Assembly: GCA_965242865.1 (NCBI GenBank)
Contig: CBDETK010000013.1
Location: 5,184,001-5,248,000, forward strand
Length of the DNA stretch: 64,000 bases
Direction: 5' to 3'
Source of the DNA: Candidatus Latescibacterota bacterium
GTDB lineage: Bacteria; Latescibacterota; UBA2968; UBA8231
Shown piece by piece: positions 1-10,354 of the stretch. The notes below the pieces were generated by a model. That model was not told the origin of the DNA. It worked only from the letters and a program-made list of their open reading frames with translations, and did no database searches. Made by a program: the position numbers and the translations under genes. Each line of letters opens with the position of its first letter. The first letter of the stretch is position 1.

Positions 1-307
1 CCCTTGCCTGCTGGTCGCCAGCCAAGGCGGGTTGAGCCGCAACATGGAGCGGCTGATGAAAATGACCGACCGCGAGTTCAAAGGCTCGCTGCGCACGCTA
101 GAGATCAATCGCCAGCACCCCATCATCCGCAACATGGCCGCCGTGCTCAAGCGCGACCGCGACTCCGACCAGTTGGAGCAATGGGCGCACTTTCTCGTTG
201 ATTTCGTCTTGCTGGGCGAGGGCACGGTCGCGGACCCGCAGCGGCTGGGCCAGAGCTTGCAATCGATCATGGGCGCGGTCACCGCACACGCGGCCGAGGA
301 GCGGTAG
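1..307 (+). CDS. htpG: Chaperone HtpG (Hsp90), C-terminal part, 5' end outside window
   Basis: MERLMK...RTLEINRQHPII...LLGEG..DP matches the HtpG C-terminal dimerisation domain. Confidence 0.85.
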   Translation, partial: PCLLVASQGGLSRNMERLMKMTDREFKGSLRTLEINRQHPIIRNMAAVLKRDRDSDQLEQWAHFLVDFVLLGEGTVADPQRLGQSLQSIMGAVTAHAAEER

Positions 308-308
308 C

Positions 309-1616
309 ATGTCCGATCCTGTGCGCCAACAAGCCCGCGCGGCCCGCGCGGCGTCGCGCACTCTCGCCGCGACCTCCGAGGAAGAGCGCAACCAAGCCCT
401 CGAAGCGATTGCCGTGGCCCTTGAAGCAAACCGCGCCCGCATCTTGGCGGCCAATGCCGAAGACCTGAAAGCTGGCGAGCGCGATGGGCTGGCGTCGCCC
501 TTGCTCAAGCGGCTCGATCTGAGCGGGCGCAAATTCGCCAGCACGGTGGACATGGTGCGCGACGTCTGCGCTCAACCCGATCCTCTCGGCCAGACCCAGC
601 GCGCCACCGAGCTCGACGACCGGCTCCACCTCTACCGAGTGACCGTGCCCATCGGCGTGATCGGGGTGATCTTTGAATCCCGGCCCGACGCCTTGGTGCA
701 AATAGCCGCCCTGTGCCTCAAGGCTGGCAACGCCGCCTTGCTCAAGGGAGGGCGCGAAGCCACGGCGACCAACCAAGCCCTCGCCGAGGTCATGCGCCAA
801 GCCACCGCGGACCTCCTTTCAGACGGGTGGATGACGCTCTTGCCCGGCCGCGAAGAAGTCCGCGCCCTGCTCGGGGAGGAGGACCTTATCGACCTCATCA
901 TCCCGCGCGGCAGCAACGAGTTTGTGCAATACATCATGCACAACACCAAAATTCCGGTCATGGGCCACGCCGACGGGATCTGCCACGTGTACATCGATGC
1001 CAGCGCAGACCTAGACAAGGCCGTGTCGATCGCGGTCGATGCCAAGACCCAGTACGTGGCCGTGTGCAACGCGGCCGAGACCTTGCTCGTCCACAGCCGC
1101 ATTGCCGCGGCGTTTTTGCCGCACGCCGTGCCGGCACTGCTGCAAAAAAACGTGGAGCTGCGCGGCGACGAGCGCACCCTCGCCCACGCCAACGGGCAAG
1201 TCAAGCCGGCCACCGAAGCCGACTGGTCCACCGAGTACTTGGACTTGGTGCTGGCGATAAAAATCGTCGATAGCGCGGCCGAGGCCATTGACCACATCAA
1301 CGCCTACGGCAGCCATCACACGGACGCGATCGTGGCCGAAGACCGAGTCGCGGCCCGCGCCTTTTTGCGCGAGGTGGATTCCGCCTCGGTGATTCACAAT
1401 GCCTCCACGCGCTTTGCCGATGGCTTCAAATACGGGCTAGGGGCCGAGGTCGGCATCAGCACCAACCGCCTACACAGCCGCGGCCCGGTCGGGTTGGAGG
1501 GCCTCGTCATCTACAAGTACATTCTCCAAGGGGACGGCCACATCGTCGATCGGTACGATGGCCCGCAGCAGCGCCCCTTCACCCATCGCCCTCTAGACCA
1601 GCACTGGCAGGACTGA
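309..1616 (+). CDS. proA: Gamma-glutamyl phosphate reductase
   Basis: [63 protein letters not shown]; ATG at 309 right after the htpG stop. Confidence 0.97.
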   Translation: MSDPVRQQARAARAASRTLAATSEEERNQALEAIAVALEANRARILAANAEDLKAGERDGLASPLLKRLDLSGRKFASTVDMVRDVCAQPDPLGQTQRATELDDRLHLYRVTVPIGVIGVIFESRPDALVQIAALCLKAGNAALLKGGREATATNQALAEVMRQATADLLSDGWMTLLPGREEVRALLGEEDLIDLIIPRGSNEFVQYIMHNTKIPVMGHADGICHVYIDASADLDKAVSIAVDAKTQYVAVCNAAETLLVHSRIAAAFLPHAVPALLQKNVELRGDERTLAHANGQVKPATEADWSTEYLDLVLAIKIVDSAAEAIDHINAYGSHHTDAIVAEDRVAARAFLREVDSASVIHNASTRFADGFKYGLGAEVGISTNRLHSRGPVGLEGLVIYKYILQGDGHIVDRYDGPQQRPFTHRPLDQHWQD

Positions 1617-1617
1617 C

Positions 1618-1974
1618 ATGAGCGAGCGCACCACGGACCCAACTTATACCCCGGTTGAGCGCCACATCTTTTTGTGCGCCACTCCCACCAAGCCCAAGTG
1701 CCACAGCGACGGCACCGGGGCCGATTGCTGGGAGTACCTAAAAAAGCGGTTGTCCGAATTGGGCTACGGCCATCCGGGCCGCGGCGGCATTCACCGCACC
1801 AAGGCCGATTGCTTGCGCGTCTGCGAGTCCGGGCCGACGGCCGTGGTGTATCCCGAAGGCGTCTGGTATCACTCCATGACCGTCGAAAAGCTAGAGCGCG
1901 TCATCCAAGAACACTTGATCGGCGGACAGGTCGTAGAAGAGTGGGTCCACCGCGAGCCGTTCCGCAGCCTATAG
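1618..1974 (+). CDS. Thioredoxin-like [2Fe-2S] ferredoxin
   Basis: [33 protein letters not shown] pattern. Confidence 0.9.
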   Translation: MSERTTDPTYTPVERHIFLCATPTKPKCHSDGTGADCWEYLKKRLSELGYGHPGRGGIHRTKADCLRVCESGPTAVVYPEGVWYHSMTVEKLERVIQEHLIGGQVVEEWVHREPFRSL

Positions 1975-1995
1975 ACCTCAGCGGCGCAAAAGCGC

Positions 1996-3183
1996 ATGGC
2001 GCGCAACAAATCCAAATCCAAGCACATCGACCTAGAGATCAAGGACTCTCGCCTGATCTTCGACCGCGTCTGGGGCGACCTAGAGCAAGAGTTCGGGCGC
2101 GCCCAGCTCTTGTTTCCCGGGGAAATTATCTGGCTCGGCGGCGCACCCGGTGCCGGCAAGGGCACCAATACCCCCTTCATCCTCAAGGCGCGCGGCATTA
2201 CGGCCGCGGCCGTGGTGATCAGCGACTTGCTCGACAGCCCGCGCGCCCAAGAGATCAAGACGGCCGGCGGCTTGGTCGGCGACGAGGAGGTCACCTCGCT
2301 CCTCTTGCACAAGTTGCTCGACCCGATCTACGAGCGCGGCGTGATCGTCGATGGCTTCCCGCGCACCCAAGTACAGGTCGAGTGCCTCAAGCTGTTCTAC
2401 GACAAGATGACCGAATTGCGCGAGGAATTTCGCGACCGCAACTTCCCGCGCCCCCTCTTTCGCACCGTGTTGCTGTTCGTCGATGAAGAGGTCAGCGTCG
2501 AGCGCCAGCTCCACCGCGGCCGGGTAGCCCAAGAGCACAACCGCAAGGCCACCGAGCTGGGCGTCGGCCCGCTCACCGAAATCCGCGCCACGGATCTCGA
2601 CCCGGCGGCCGCACGCCAGCGCTACCAAGTCTTCAAGGAGACGACCTTTGAGGCCCTGCGCTCGCTGCGCGCCATTTTCCACTTTCGCTTCATCGACGCC
2701 GGGCAGCCGCTCGTCAAGGTGCAACAGGAGATCGAGGAGGAGTTTTCCTACCAGAGTTCGCTGGAGCTTTCGCACGACACCTTTGACCGCGTCCGCACGA
2801 TCACGCCGGCCAGCCGCCTCGTGCTCTACGCCCGCCAAGAGCTGGTCAAGCGGCTGGAGATTTACAACGAAGACCATCCCCAGCTCTTCCAGCAGGTCAT
2901 CGACAAAATCAACTTCAAGTTCATGCCCATCGTCACCCGCTACGCCATCACCGGCATGACGCTCGTCAACTCCGAGGACTCCCTGTTCGACGATCCCATG
3001 GCTTTGGCCATGCTGATCGACATCTTTTCCGAGCGCGGCTATCAGGCCCTCGTCGATGTCAACCGCATTGAGGTCCCCTGCCGCTTAGACCCCCGCACGC
3101 ACGAAATCGTCTGCCAGCACAAGCGCGTCTATCGCTTTCAGATTCGGTTCGCGGCCTCGGCCATCCGGCGCGGGTACGACTGA
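1996..3183 (+). CDS. Adenylate/nucleoside-monophosphate kinase family protein with long extensions
   Basis: GGAPGAGKGT P-loop, GGLVGD, VDGFPRTQVQ; 395 aa against about 200 for a normal Adk. Confidence 0.8.
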   Translation: MARNKSKSKHIDLEIKDSRLIFDRVWGDLEQEFGRAQLLFPGEIIWLGGAPGAGKGTNTPFILKARGITAAAVVISDLLDSPRAQEIKTAGGLVGDEEVTSLLLHKLLDPIYERGVIVDGFPRTQVQVECLKLFYDKMTELREEFRDRNFPRPLFRTVLLFVDEEVSVERQLHRGRVAQEHNRKATELGVGPLTEIRATDLDPAAARQRYQVFKETTFEALRSLRAIFHFRFIDAGQPLVKVQQEIEEEFSYQSSLELSHDTFDRVRTITPASRLVLYARQELVKRLEIYNEDHPQLFQQVIDKINFKFMPIVTRYAITGMTLVNSEDSLFDDPMALAMLIDIFSERGYQALVDVNRIEVPCRLDPRTHEIVCQHKRVYRFQIRFAASAIRRGYD

Positions 3184-3276
3184 GGCCCTAGCCTAGGGGC
3201 CTTTAAGCAGCCCCTCCATTCCGTCCCACCCCCCGTTTTTCAAACAAGTCCGCCTTTTTTGCGGTTCCCGCTGCAT

Positions 3277-3304
3277 CCGGGATCGAGGGCGTCCCGCCCT
3301 CGAT
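3277..3304. repeat. REP-like palindromic element, family A copy 1
   Basis: CCGGGATCGAGGGCGTCCCGCCCTCGAT hairpin; exact reverse complement at 16522-16549. Confidence 0.8.
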
Positions 3305-3328
3305 ACGTGGAACTTAGCCGCTGCAAAA

Positions 3329-3368
3329 GTGTATCACCAGCGGACAGTAGGTGTATCACCAGCGGACA
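3329..3368 (+). promoter_or_regulatory. Tandem 18-bp direct repeat, putative enhancer (UAS) for a sigma54 activator
   Basis: GTGTATCACCAGCGGACA at 3329-3346 and 3351-3368; 22-bp period; each copy contains TGT-N11-ACA. Confidence 0.7.
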
Positions 3369-3434
3369 CTCTCGACGCGCCTGTCGCCGGGGTGATTCGG
3401 CTCATCTCCTTGTTTTCTAAGAGGTTGAGTGTTC

Positions 3435-3450
3435 TGGCACACATCTTGCT
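3435..3450 (+). promoter_or_regulatory. Sigma54 (-24/-12) promoter
   Basis: TGGCAC-ACATC-TTGCT matches the TGGCAC-N5-TTGCW consensus, 43 bp upstream of ATG 3494. Confidence 0.85.
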
Positions 3451-3493
3451 TTTATTTGAGCAAAGACCACTACTCGGTGAGGACGAAAGAGAC

Positions 3494-4825
3494 ATGCATG
3501 CCAATATCCAACCTTTCCCCCAAACGGCCCCCGACGCCCCCGGCCTCGGCGATGGAGTTGGCATGGACCGCAAGCTCGAAAAGCCGCGGTTCTCGCCCAA
3601 GCGCATCGCCCTAGGCGCGGGTGTGTTGCTGTTTGGCGGGCTGTGTGGATACGCCCTGCTCGCGGATTTCGGGGTGCGTAAGCTGAATGTGCAGCGCGAC
3701 CGGCTGACGATTTCAACGGTCGAGTTCGGCCCGTTTCAGGAGTACATCCCGGTGCGCGGCACCATCCTGCCGCTGCGCACGGTGTACCTCGACGCCCTAG
3801 AGCGCGGTCAAGTGGAGCAGGTGTTCGCCGAAGAAGGGGCTTCCGTAGCTGCGGGCGATCCCCTGCTGCGCTTGGCCAACCCCGATCTGGAACTGAACGT
3901 CCTGCAACAGGAGGCCGAGCTGGAGCGCAGCCGGGAGGAGCTGCGCAATGGCCGGCTGACCATGCAGCAAGAGCGGCTGCGGGCGCGCAAGGCATTGCTG
4001 GAGATCGAGTACCAACTGGCGATCAACAAGCGCAACTTTGAGCGCTACGAGAACCTGTCGGCCAAAGATCTGACGGCCATCCTGTCGCGGCAGGAGTACG
4101 AGCGGCTGCGCGACGAGTACCAGTACAGCGTCCGCCGCATGGCCCTGACCCAACAGACCCAGACCCAAGACTCGCTGCTGGCGGCGAGCAAAGTGGTGCA
4201 GCTCGTCTCGGCTGTTGAGCGCATGGAGCGCAACCTGCAAATCGTCCGCGGCCGGCTCGACAACCTGACGGTGCGGGCCCCGGTGTCCGGGCAGCTAACC
4301 ATGCTCGCCGCCGAAGTCGGCGAGAGCAAGGGGACAGGGGTGCGCTTGGGCCAGATCGACCGGATCGACGGCTTTAAGGTGCGCGCCGTCATCGACGAGC
4401 ACTATATCGACCGCGTGGGCCGGGGGCAGCGCGGTCAGTTCAACAGCGGCGACGCACCCTACCGCTTGGTAATCCACAAAATTTACCCAGAGGTCAAAGA
4501 AGGCCGGTTTGCGGTTGATCTGGTGTTCGAGGGCCGAGCGCCCGAGGGCATCCGGCGCGGCCAGACCCTGCACATCCGCTTGGAGTTGGGCGATCTGGCG
4601 GAAACCGTGCAAGTGGCGCGGGGCGGATTTTACCAAGCGACCGGCGGGCACTGGGCTTACGTTCTCGACGCGGCCGGCGAGCGGGCCACGCGGCGTTCCA
4701 TAGCCTTGGGCCGCCAGAATCCCCGCGTGTACGAAGTGCTGGAGGGACTGGAGCCGGGGGAGCAGGTCATTACCTCGAGCTACGAGACCTTGGGCGAAAA
4801 CTTGGATGTGCTGGTATTGCGCTAA
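3494..4825 (+). CDS. Efflux periplasmic adaptor (HlyD/MFP family)
   Basis: N-terminal TM, lipoyl-like GQVEQVFAEEGASVAAGDPL, coiled coil, VRAPVSG, EVLEGLEPGEQVITS. Confidence 0.92.
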   Translation: MHANIQPFPQTAPDAPGLGDGVGMDRKLEKPRFSPKRIALGAGVLLFGGLCGYALLADFGVRKLNVQRDRLTISTVEFGPFQEYIPVRGTILPLRTVYLDALERGQVEQVFAEEGASVAAGDPLLRLANPDLELNVLQQEAELERSREELRNGRLTMQQERLRARKALLEIEYQLAINKRNFERYENLSAKDLTAILSRQEYERLRDEYQYSVRRMALTQQTQTQDSLLAASKVVQLVSAVERMERNLQIVRGRLDNLTVRAPVSGQLTMLAAEVGESKGTGVRLGQIDRIDGFKVRAVIDEHYIDRVGRGQRGQFNSGDAPYRLVIHKIYPEVKEGRFAVDLVFEGRAPEGIRRGQTLHIRLELGDLAETVQVARGGFYQATGGHWAYVLDAAGERATRRSIALGRQNPRVYEVLEGLEPGEQVITSSYETLGENLDVLVLR

Positions 4826-4865
4826 CGCGCCAACCGGCCACCCCAACCACAAAGGAGCGAACACC

Positions 4866-5603
4866 ATGACTGAGCACACCAACCCGGAAAACGGCTACGC
4901 GCCCCTGATCCGCACGGTCGGGCTACGCAAGCTGTACGCGACCGAGGAGGTGGAGACGACCGCCTTGGACAACGTCAATCTCGAAATCGCCGAAGGCGAA
5001 TTTGCCGCCATCATGGGGCCGTCGGGCTGCGGCAAATCCACCCTGCTCAACCTGCTGGGCCTGCTCGACAGCCCGACCGCCGGGGAATACTACCTGCTCG
5101 GCGAGGAGGTGGCCACCTATGCGGAGCGCACGCGGGCGAACCTGCGCAAGGGGACGATTGGCTTTGTCTTTCAGTCGTTCAACCTGATCAACGAGCTGAC
5201 CGTGTACGAGAACGTCGAGCTGCCCCTGCTCTACATCGGCGTCCCGGCCAAAGAGCGCAAGCAACGGGTGCAGTCCATCCTCGACTACATGCAGATCGCC
5301 CACCGCGCCAAGCACTTTCCGCTCCAGCTTTCCGGCGGCCAGCAGCAGCGCGTGGCCGTGGCGAGGGCCTTGGTCCCGGAGCCTAAGCTGGTGCTGGCCG
5401 ACGAGCCGACCGGCAACCTCGACTCGCGCCACGGCGACGAGGTCATGCAGATGCTCACCGAAATGAACCGCCACGGCACGACCGTGGTCATGGTGACGCA
5501 CTCGCCGGCCTACGCGGACTTTGCGCACCGCATCATTCACCTGTTCGACGGCAAAATCGTGACCGAGAACATCGCCAAAAGACGAGGAGCGAGGAGCGAG
5601 TAG
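4866..5603 (+). CDS. ABC transporter ATP-binding protein (LolD/MacB type)
   Basis: [32 protein letters not shown]. Confidence 0.96.
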   Translation: MTEHTNPENGYAPLIRTVGLRKLYATEEVETTALDNVNLEIAEGEFAAIMGPSGCGKSTLLNLLGLLDSPTAGEYYLLGEEVATYAERTRANLRKGTIGFVFQSFNLINELTVYENVELPLLYIGVPAKERKQRVQSILDYMQIAHRAKHFPLQLSGGQQQRVAVARALVPEPKLVLADEPTGNLDSRHGDEVMQMLTEMNRHGTTVVMVTHSPAYADFAHRIIHLFDGKIVTENIAKRRGARSE

Positions 5604-5636
5604 GGCCGCTCTTTGCGGAGAAAATGGAGCCCCAAG

Positions 5637-8072
5637 ATGCTTCGCAACTACGTCGTAATCGCACTCCGCAGCCTGCTGCGCGACAAAGTGGTGACCAGCA
5701 TCAACATCGCGGGCTTGTCCATCGCCATCGCCGTCAGCACCATCCTCGGTCTCGGCGTCCACGGTGCGCTGACCGCGGATTGGAACCTCCGCGACGACGA
5801 CCGCCTCTTCCGCGTGGTGACGCACGAGATCAGCGCTTCGGGGCACATCCAGCACCCGGCGTACCAGCGCGAGGAGCTCGCCGTGGCACTCGCGGCTGCC
5901 TTCCCCGAAATCGCTCGCACCACGCGCGTCATCAAAACGGACATCTTAATGACGGTCGGCGAGCGGCACCTTGAACACGCGGTGGTCGAGGTCGATTCCC
6001 AGTTTCTGCAAATGTTCCACTACCCACTCGCGGCCGGCAATCCCGCCACCGCGCTGGCGGACCTCGATCAGGTCGTCATTTCCAAGCGACTGGCCGAGCG
6101 GATGTTCGGTGCTGAATTCGCGGCCTACCCGGTGCTCATAGGCCGGCCGATCGTCTTGCACGGCAACGAAGGCCCCGAGACCTACACCATCTCCGGCGTC
6201 TTCGCCGAGCTGCCGAAAAAGCGGAGCTTGGACTTTGATGCGGCAATTCGCTTTGAGAACCGAACCAAGTATGGCATGGCCAGTTACTGGGGTTCTACGG
6301 CTTCTACGTACATCGCGCTTCAGCCCCTGGCCGCGCGGGAGGCACTCGAAGCCAAGCTCCCGGCGTTCTCCCGCACGTTCATCGCCCCGGTCTGGGAACG
6401 CTACAAGGGCATTCGCTGGCAGGACGACCCCAATGCCTTCCAATTCAAACTCCAAGACGCGCGGACGATTTACCTCAACCCGCAAAGCCAAGCCTATTAC
6501 GGCTATGAAAACTCCGTGGACCTCGAATCGATTCTCGCCCTCGTCGCCTTGATTGGCGTCATGCTGACCGTCGCCTGCCTCAACGCCACGACCCTCGCTG
6601 TAGCGGGTTCCATCGGCCGGAGCGCGGAAGTCGGCATCCGCAAAGCACTCGGCGCTAGCAAGGCACAAATCGCCCTGCAGCTTTTGGTCGAGGGGGTCCT
6701 GCTGGCCTTCTTCGCCCTGATCGCCGGACTCTTTCTAGTGCCGTTAGGGCTGCCCGCCTTCAACGCGCTTTATGGAATTGACCACTGGGCCGGGCTGGCG
6801 CTCGGCGATCTGGGCCTGCCAATTATCGTCGGCGGAGGCGTCTTGTTGGCGTTGCTGCTCGGCGTCGCGGCGGGCACCTATCCGGCCCTAATCGCGGCGC
6901 ACATGCCGCCCGCGGCGGTCGCCCGCGAGGTCGGGCCGGGGCGAAAAAATAGGCTGACAAACGCGCTCCTGACCTTGCAGTACGGCATGGCGGTCTTCCT
7001 GATCTTCTGCACCATCGCGATTCATCAGCAGTTGGCTTACATCCAGTCGCACGACCTCGGATACGCGGTCGATCAAGTAGTAGTCGTCAAGCTCCGCGGG
7101 GCAGACCCGACGCGCCTCGGCAAACGCTTTAAGGAGGCCGCCCTTTCCCAGCCGGGGGTCGCGAGTGTGGCCTTGGCCGATCGCGAGTTTTCGCTCGGCG
7201 TCCGCACCAATTACATCAAACGACCGGACGGGGAGCGCGTGAGCGTGTACGTGTATGCCGTTGACCCCGACTTCTTCACCACTTTGGGCATTGACCTCGC
7301 GGCCGGTCGCTCCTTTGCGGCTGACCGGCCGGTAGATCGGACGGAAAGTGTCGTCGTCAACCAGCGTCTCGCAGAAGTCTTTGGCTGGGGAGAAAATGCC
7401 GTTGGGGAATTCCTACCGGAGTACGGGGCTTACGGCGTGAGCAAAACGCCGGCTGTCATCGGCGTCACCCCGGACTTCCACTTCCGCTCGCTTAGGGAGC
7501 CGATCAAGCCGGCCGTGTTCCACTATGGGCCGGAAGGGTCCTTTGAGCGGGCGCTGGTGCGGCTGCGCGGGGACAACGACGCCCTCGCCGGCTTGGAGCA
7601 ACTATGGGAAAAGGTGGCACCCGAGCAACCTTTTGAGTACGAGTTCCTCGACCGGGCTTTTGCTCGTCAGTACGAGAACGAGCAGGAAATCGGCCGCACC
7701 GTTACGCTGGCGTCGGTCGTCGCCGTGCTCATCGCCGGCATGGGCTTGTTTGGCCACGCGACCATCGTCCTACAGCGGCGCACCAAAGAGATCGGCGTCC
7801 GCAAAGTGCTCGGTGCCACGGTAGCAGAGATCTTCGCTTGCTTGTCGTGCGACCTGACGAAAATGGTCGCCTTGGCCTGCCTGCTGGCGTTTCCGCTGGC
7901 CCACTTCGCAATAGGCCAATGGCTGTCGCAATACGCCTATCAGTTCGGATTGGGCCTGACGACCTACTTCCTCTGCGGGGCCCTCGCTTTTGCGATTGCC
8001 CTCGGCGCGGTGGCGTACACCGGCCTCCGCGCCGCACATGAGAACCCCGTCCACGCGCTGCGCTGCGAGTGA
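5637..8072 (+). CDS. ABC transporter permease, duplicated MacB/FtsX type
   Basis: Two MacB periplasmic + FtsX halves (EVGIRKALGA; RTKEIGVRKVLGA); C-terminal NPV.ALR.E. Confidence 0.93.
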   Translation: MLRNYVVIALRSLLRDKVVTSINIAGLSIAIAVSTILGLGVHGALTADWNLRDDDRLFRVVTHEISASGHIQHPAYQREELAVALAAAFPEIARTTRVIKTDILMTVGERHLEHAVVEVDSQFLQMFHYPLAAGNPATALADLDQVVISKRLAERMFGAEFAAYPVLIGRPIVLHGNEGPETYTISGVFAELPKKRSLDFDAAIRFENRTKYGMASYWGSTASTYIALQPLAAREALEAKLPAFSRTFIAPVWERYKGIRWQDDPNAFQFKLQDARTIYLNPQSQAYYGYENSVDLESILALVALIGVMLTVACLNATTLAVAGSIGRSAEVGIRKALGASKAQIALQLLVEGVLLAFFALIAGLFLVPLGLPAFNALYGIDHWAGLALGDLGLPIIVGGGVLLALLLGVAAGTYPALIAAHMPPAAVAREVGPGRKNRLTNALLTLQYGMAVFLIFCTIAIHQQLAYIQSHDLGYAVDQVVVVKLRGADPTRLGKRFKEAALSQPGVASVALADREFSLGVRTNYIKRPDGERVSVYVYAVDPDFFTTLGIDLAAGRSFAADRPVDRTESVVVNQRLAEVFGWGENAVGEFLPEYGAYGVSKTPAVIGVTPDFHFRSLREPIKPAVFHYGPEGSFERALVRLRGDNDALAGLEQLWEKVAPEQPFEYEFLDRAFARQYENEQEIGRTVTLASVVAVLIAGMGLFGHATIVLQRRTKEIGVRKVLGATVAEIFACLSCDLTKMVALACLLAFPLAHFAIGQWLSQYAYQFGLGLTTYFLCGALAFAIALGAVAYTGLRAAHENPVHALRCE

Positions 8073-8105
8073 CAAGGGAGAGTTGGGGCCGGAACCGCCC
8101 TTCGC

Positions 8106-8366
8106 TCAAGCGGCTGTGTTCTGTTTGACCTCCCAACCGGGGAAGACCAGAACAGCCGGATGGCACTGCAAGGCTTGCGCTAGCACTTTGGCGCGCTCAA
8201 CCCCAAGCTGGACGCGGTTGTTCTCGATGGCTGAAATAGTAGATTGGGGAATGCCAGTGCGTCGGGCGAGTTCATTTTGGCTCAGCTCCTGAAGCTCGCG
8301 GATAATGCGGACGGATTCACCTACAGACACCTCAATCTGCTTCTTGGCGCGACGGTAATTTTCCAT
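8106..8366 (-). CDS. XRE-HTH antitoxin (HigA-like)
   Basis: LSQNELARRTGIPQSTISAIEN HTH, downstream of a RelE-type toxin. Confidence 0.85.
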   Translation of the reverse strand: MENYRRAKKQIEVSVGESVRIIRELQELSQNELARRTGIPQSTISAIENNRVQLGVERAKVLAQALQCHPAVLVFPGWEVKQNTAA

Positions 8367-8367
8367 T

Positions 8368-8649
8368 TCATGATCTCCGATAGTCGTGTGCCGTCAGGCT
8401 GACAACCTGCACGAGGATTTCCCTAGCTTCAATTTTGTATATGACGCGATAGTGAAGGCCGAGCCGGGACGACCTATGTCCTTTCCATTGGCCCCGCAGT
8501 GCTTCGTCGTGAAACCCTCTGATGAGCCTCAAGCCTTCAAGACCAGAGAACACGACGATATCCTTCCACTTTTCGTAACGTTTGAGGATTTCTTGGGGCA
8601 TGGATTGTAGCTGCTTATCCACCCTTCGATGTTCGAGAATACGCCACAT
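8368..8649 (-). CDS. RelE/HigB-family mRNA interferase toxin
   Basis: FHDEALRGQWKGHRSSRL..YRVIY..HDY; toxin-first gene order. Confidence 0.85.
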   Translation of the reverse strand: MWRILEHRRVDKQLQSMPQEILKRYEKWKDIVVFSGLEGLRLIRGFHDEALRGQWKGHRSSRLGLHYRVIYKIEAREILVQVVSLTAHDYRRS

Positions 8650-8684
8650 ACCATATATAATATAGATTAGTTATGGTATGTCAA
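8646..8684 (-). promoter_or_regulatory. TA promoter with operator inverted repeat
   Basis: Minus-strand TTGACA (8684-8679), 16 bp, TATTAT (8662-8657); inverted repeat ACATACCATA (8646-8655) / TATGGTATGT (8672-8681). Confidence 0.7.
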
Positions 8685-8701
8685 TTTCCAGCCAGCTTCT
8701 A

Positions 8702-9292
8702 GGACTCTTCCAGCCGCGTCCGTTCATTCGTCTGGATCGATCCGAGCGGCTTCAGGCTGCAACCGACCCGTCGTAGGACGTGGGCATTGTCGGGGCACAC
8801 GCCGGTACACAAGGCGTGGGGGTGCCCCGATCGCTTGTCGGTCCAAGCCGCCGTTACCTTGCCGCCAAAACGCCAGCGGTTGGGCGTTTATTTTCGGTTG
8901 TATGAGCAGAATATCCATACGCAGGATGTGGTATCCTTTGTCGGTCATATGATGAGCATGATACGCCGATACGCCGTACGATCGGGCTCATTTTGGATCG
9001 GTGGAGTGTGCATCGTGCGGCGGTGGCGACCCGGCAAAAAAGATACGCGGATCGACCCACCATCGAAAGGTTACCCGCCTATGCACCCGAATTGAACCCG
9101 GTCGAACAGGTCTGGAATCATACCAAGTATGGGGACTTGGCCAACTTCATCCCCGATCCCATCGAGCACCTAGCCGACGGGGTCATGCCGTCGATGACCG
9201 CCCAGCATCACGATAACCACCTGATCCGAGGCTTCTTCAAGTACGCTCAACTACCCCTGTAACGTATTCCTTTATTTTTGCAGAACTCAATA
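8702..9292 (+). mobile_element. IS630-family transposase remnant (DDE domain only, frameshifted)
   Basis: WIDPSGF..RRTWA..G.TP in one frame, DRWSVH..LPAYAPELNPVEQVW in another; ends in CAATA; no N-terminal HTH. Confidence 0.85.
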
Positions 9293-9325
9293 AACCACGG
9301 AATCAGACCAACAATAACCAACGCG

Positions 9326-10354
9326 CTAGGCAGCCAACTCGCCCTTGCGATAGGCGCGGAGGAAGGCGGCGCAGTACTCGTCGCGGCCCAGCAGCATATC
9401 CTCAGCTAGTTGGTAGGGACGGGCTTGGCGGTCGATGGCAAAGAGGGCGGCCAGCGAGGTGGTCGTCGGGTCCATGATCGCGCTGTCGGCACCCGCTTCG
9501 ACGGCCAGCAATAGAAAAACGTCGTTGATCAAGTGGCGGCAGGGCAGGCCAAAGGAGACGTTGGAGAAACCGCCGGTGATGTGGACCTCGGCCCCCAACT
9601 CGCCGCGCAGTTGGCGAATGGCGTCAAAGGCGTGGTGGCCGAATTGCGCGTCAACCGAGATGGGGAAGATCAAGGGGTCGATGTACAAATCGGCGAGCGG
9701 CAGCCCCAAGGCCAGGGCCTTGTCAACCATTTGCCGAGCGTGATCGACCCGCTCTTGCGCGCTTTGCGGCATGCCGGACTCACCCGCCGCCGTGATGACG
9801 ACTTGGGCGTTGTACTGTTGGGCCAGCGCGAGGGCTTCGGGCCGCTCTAAAGACGCGGAGTTGAGCAGCAGACGCTGGGGATGGTCGGCCCCGGCGTTGA
9901 GGCCGACGGCGAGGGTATCTAGCTGGGAGGAGTCAATGGCCAGTGCCGTCGGCGACATGGCCGCTACCGCCTGCACCAGCCAGCGCATGGCCTCTTGCTG
10001 CTCGGCGGGCTTGAGGGATATTTCATCGACATTGAGGTCGAGGAAATCGGTGCCGGCCGCTTCTTGGCGTTGTACTTGGCGGCGCAGGTAGTCGAGGGCA
10101 TCCGCGTTGCCGAGCATGGCTTGTTGCACGGCGATCTTGAGGTGTTTGACGCGGCCTTCCTCGTAGTCTTGGGTCGTTTTGACCGCGTCGGGAATTTGGA
10201 GGAACCGGCGCGTGTTGTTGGCGTCGCGGAAGCGCACGGCCTCGACGCCTTGAGGGTCTGGGCCGATGAGCTTGCCTTTGCGCAAGACGACGCGGGTAGT
10301 GTGGATGTTTTCGCCGATGACGACGAAGGGACGGTCTGTACCGGGGATGTTCAT
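9326..10354 (-). CDS. Pterin-binding methyltransferase (AcsE / MetH folate-domain-like)
   Basis: VIGENIHT, LDLNVD, IDSS, LLNSAS, YIDPL, GGFSNVSFGLP, AIMDP. Confidence 0.85.
   Translation of the reverse strand: MNIPGTDRPFVVIGENIHTTRVVLRKGKLIGPDPQGVEAVRFRDANNTRRFLQIPDAVKTTQDYEEGRVKHLKIAVQQAMLGNADALDYLRRQVQRQEAAGTDFLDLNVDEISLKPAEQQEAMRWLVQAVAAMSPTALAIDSSQLDTLAVGLNAGADHPQRLLLNSASLERPEALALAQQYNAQVVITAAGESGMPQSAQERVDHARQMVDKALALGLPLADLYIDPLIFPISVDAQFGHHAFDAIRQLRGELGAEVHITGGFSNVSFGLPCRHLINDVFLLLAVEAGADSAIMDPTTTSLAALFAIDRQARPYQLAEDMLLGRDEYCAAFLRAYRKGELAA

Noticed and set aside
3329-3368. 18-bp direct repeat as a mini-CRISPR
   Set aside because: Only two units with a 4-bp spacer and no cas genes; better explained as a sigma54 enhancer
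9326-10354. Second folP
   Set aside because: Motifs (IGENI, SNVSFGLP, AIMDP) fit the methyltransferase branch; true folP is at 24293-25126
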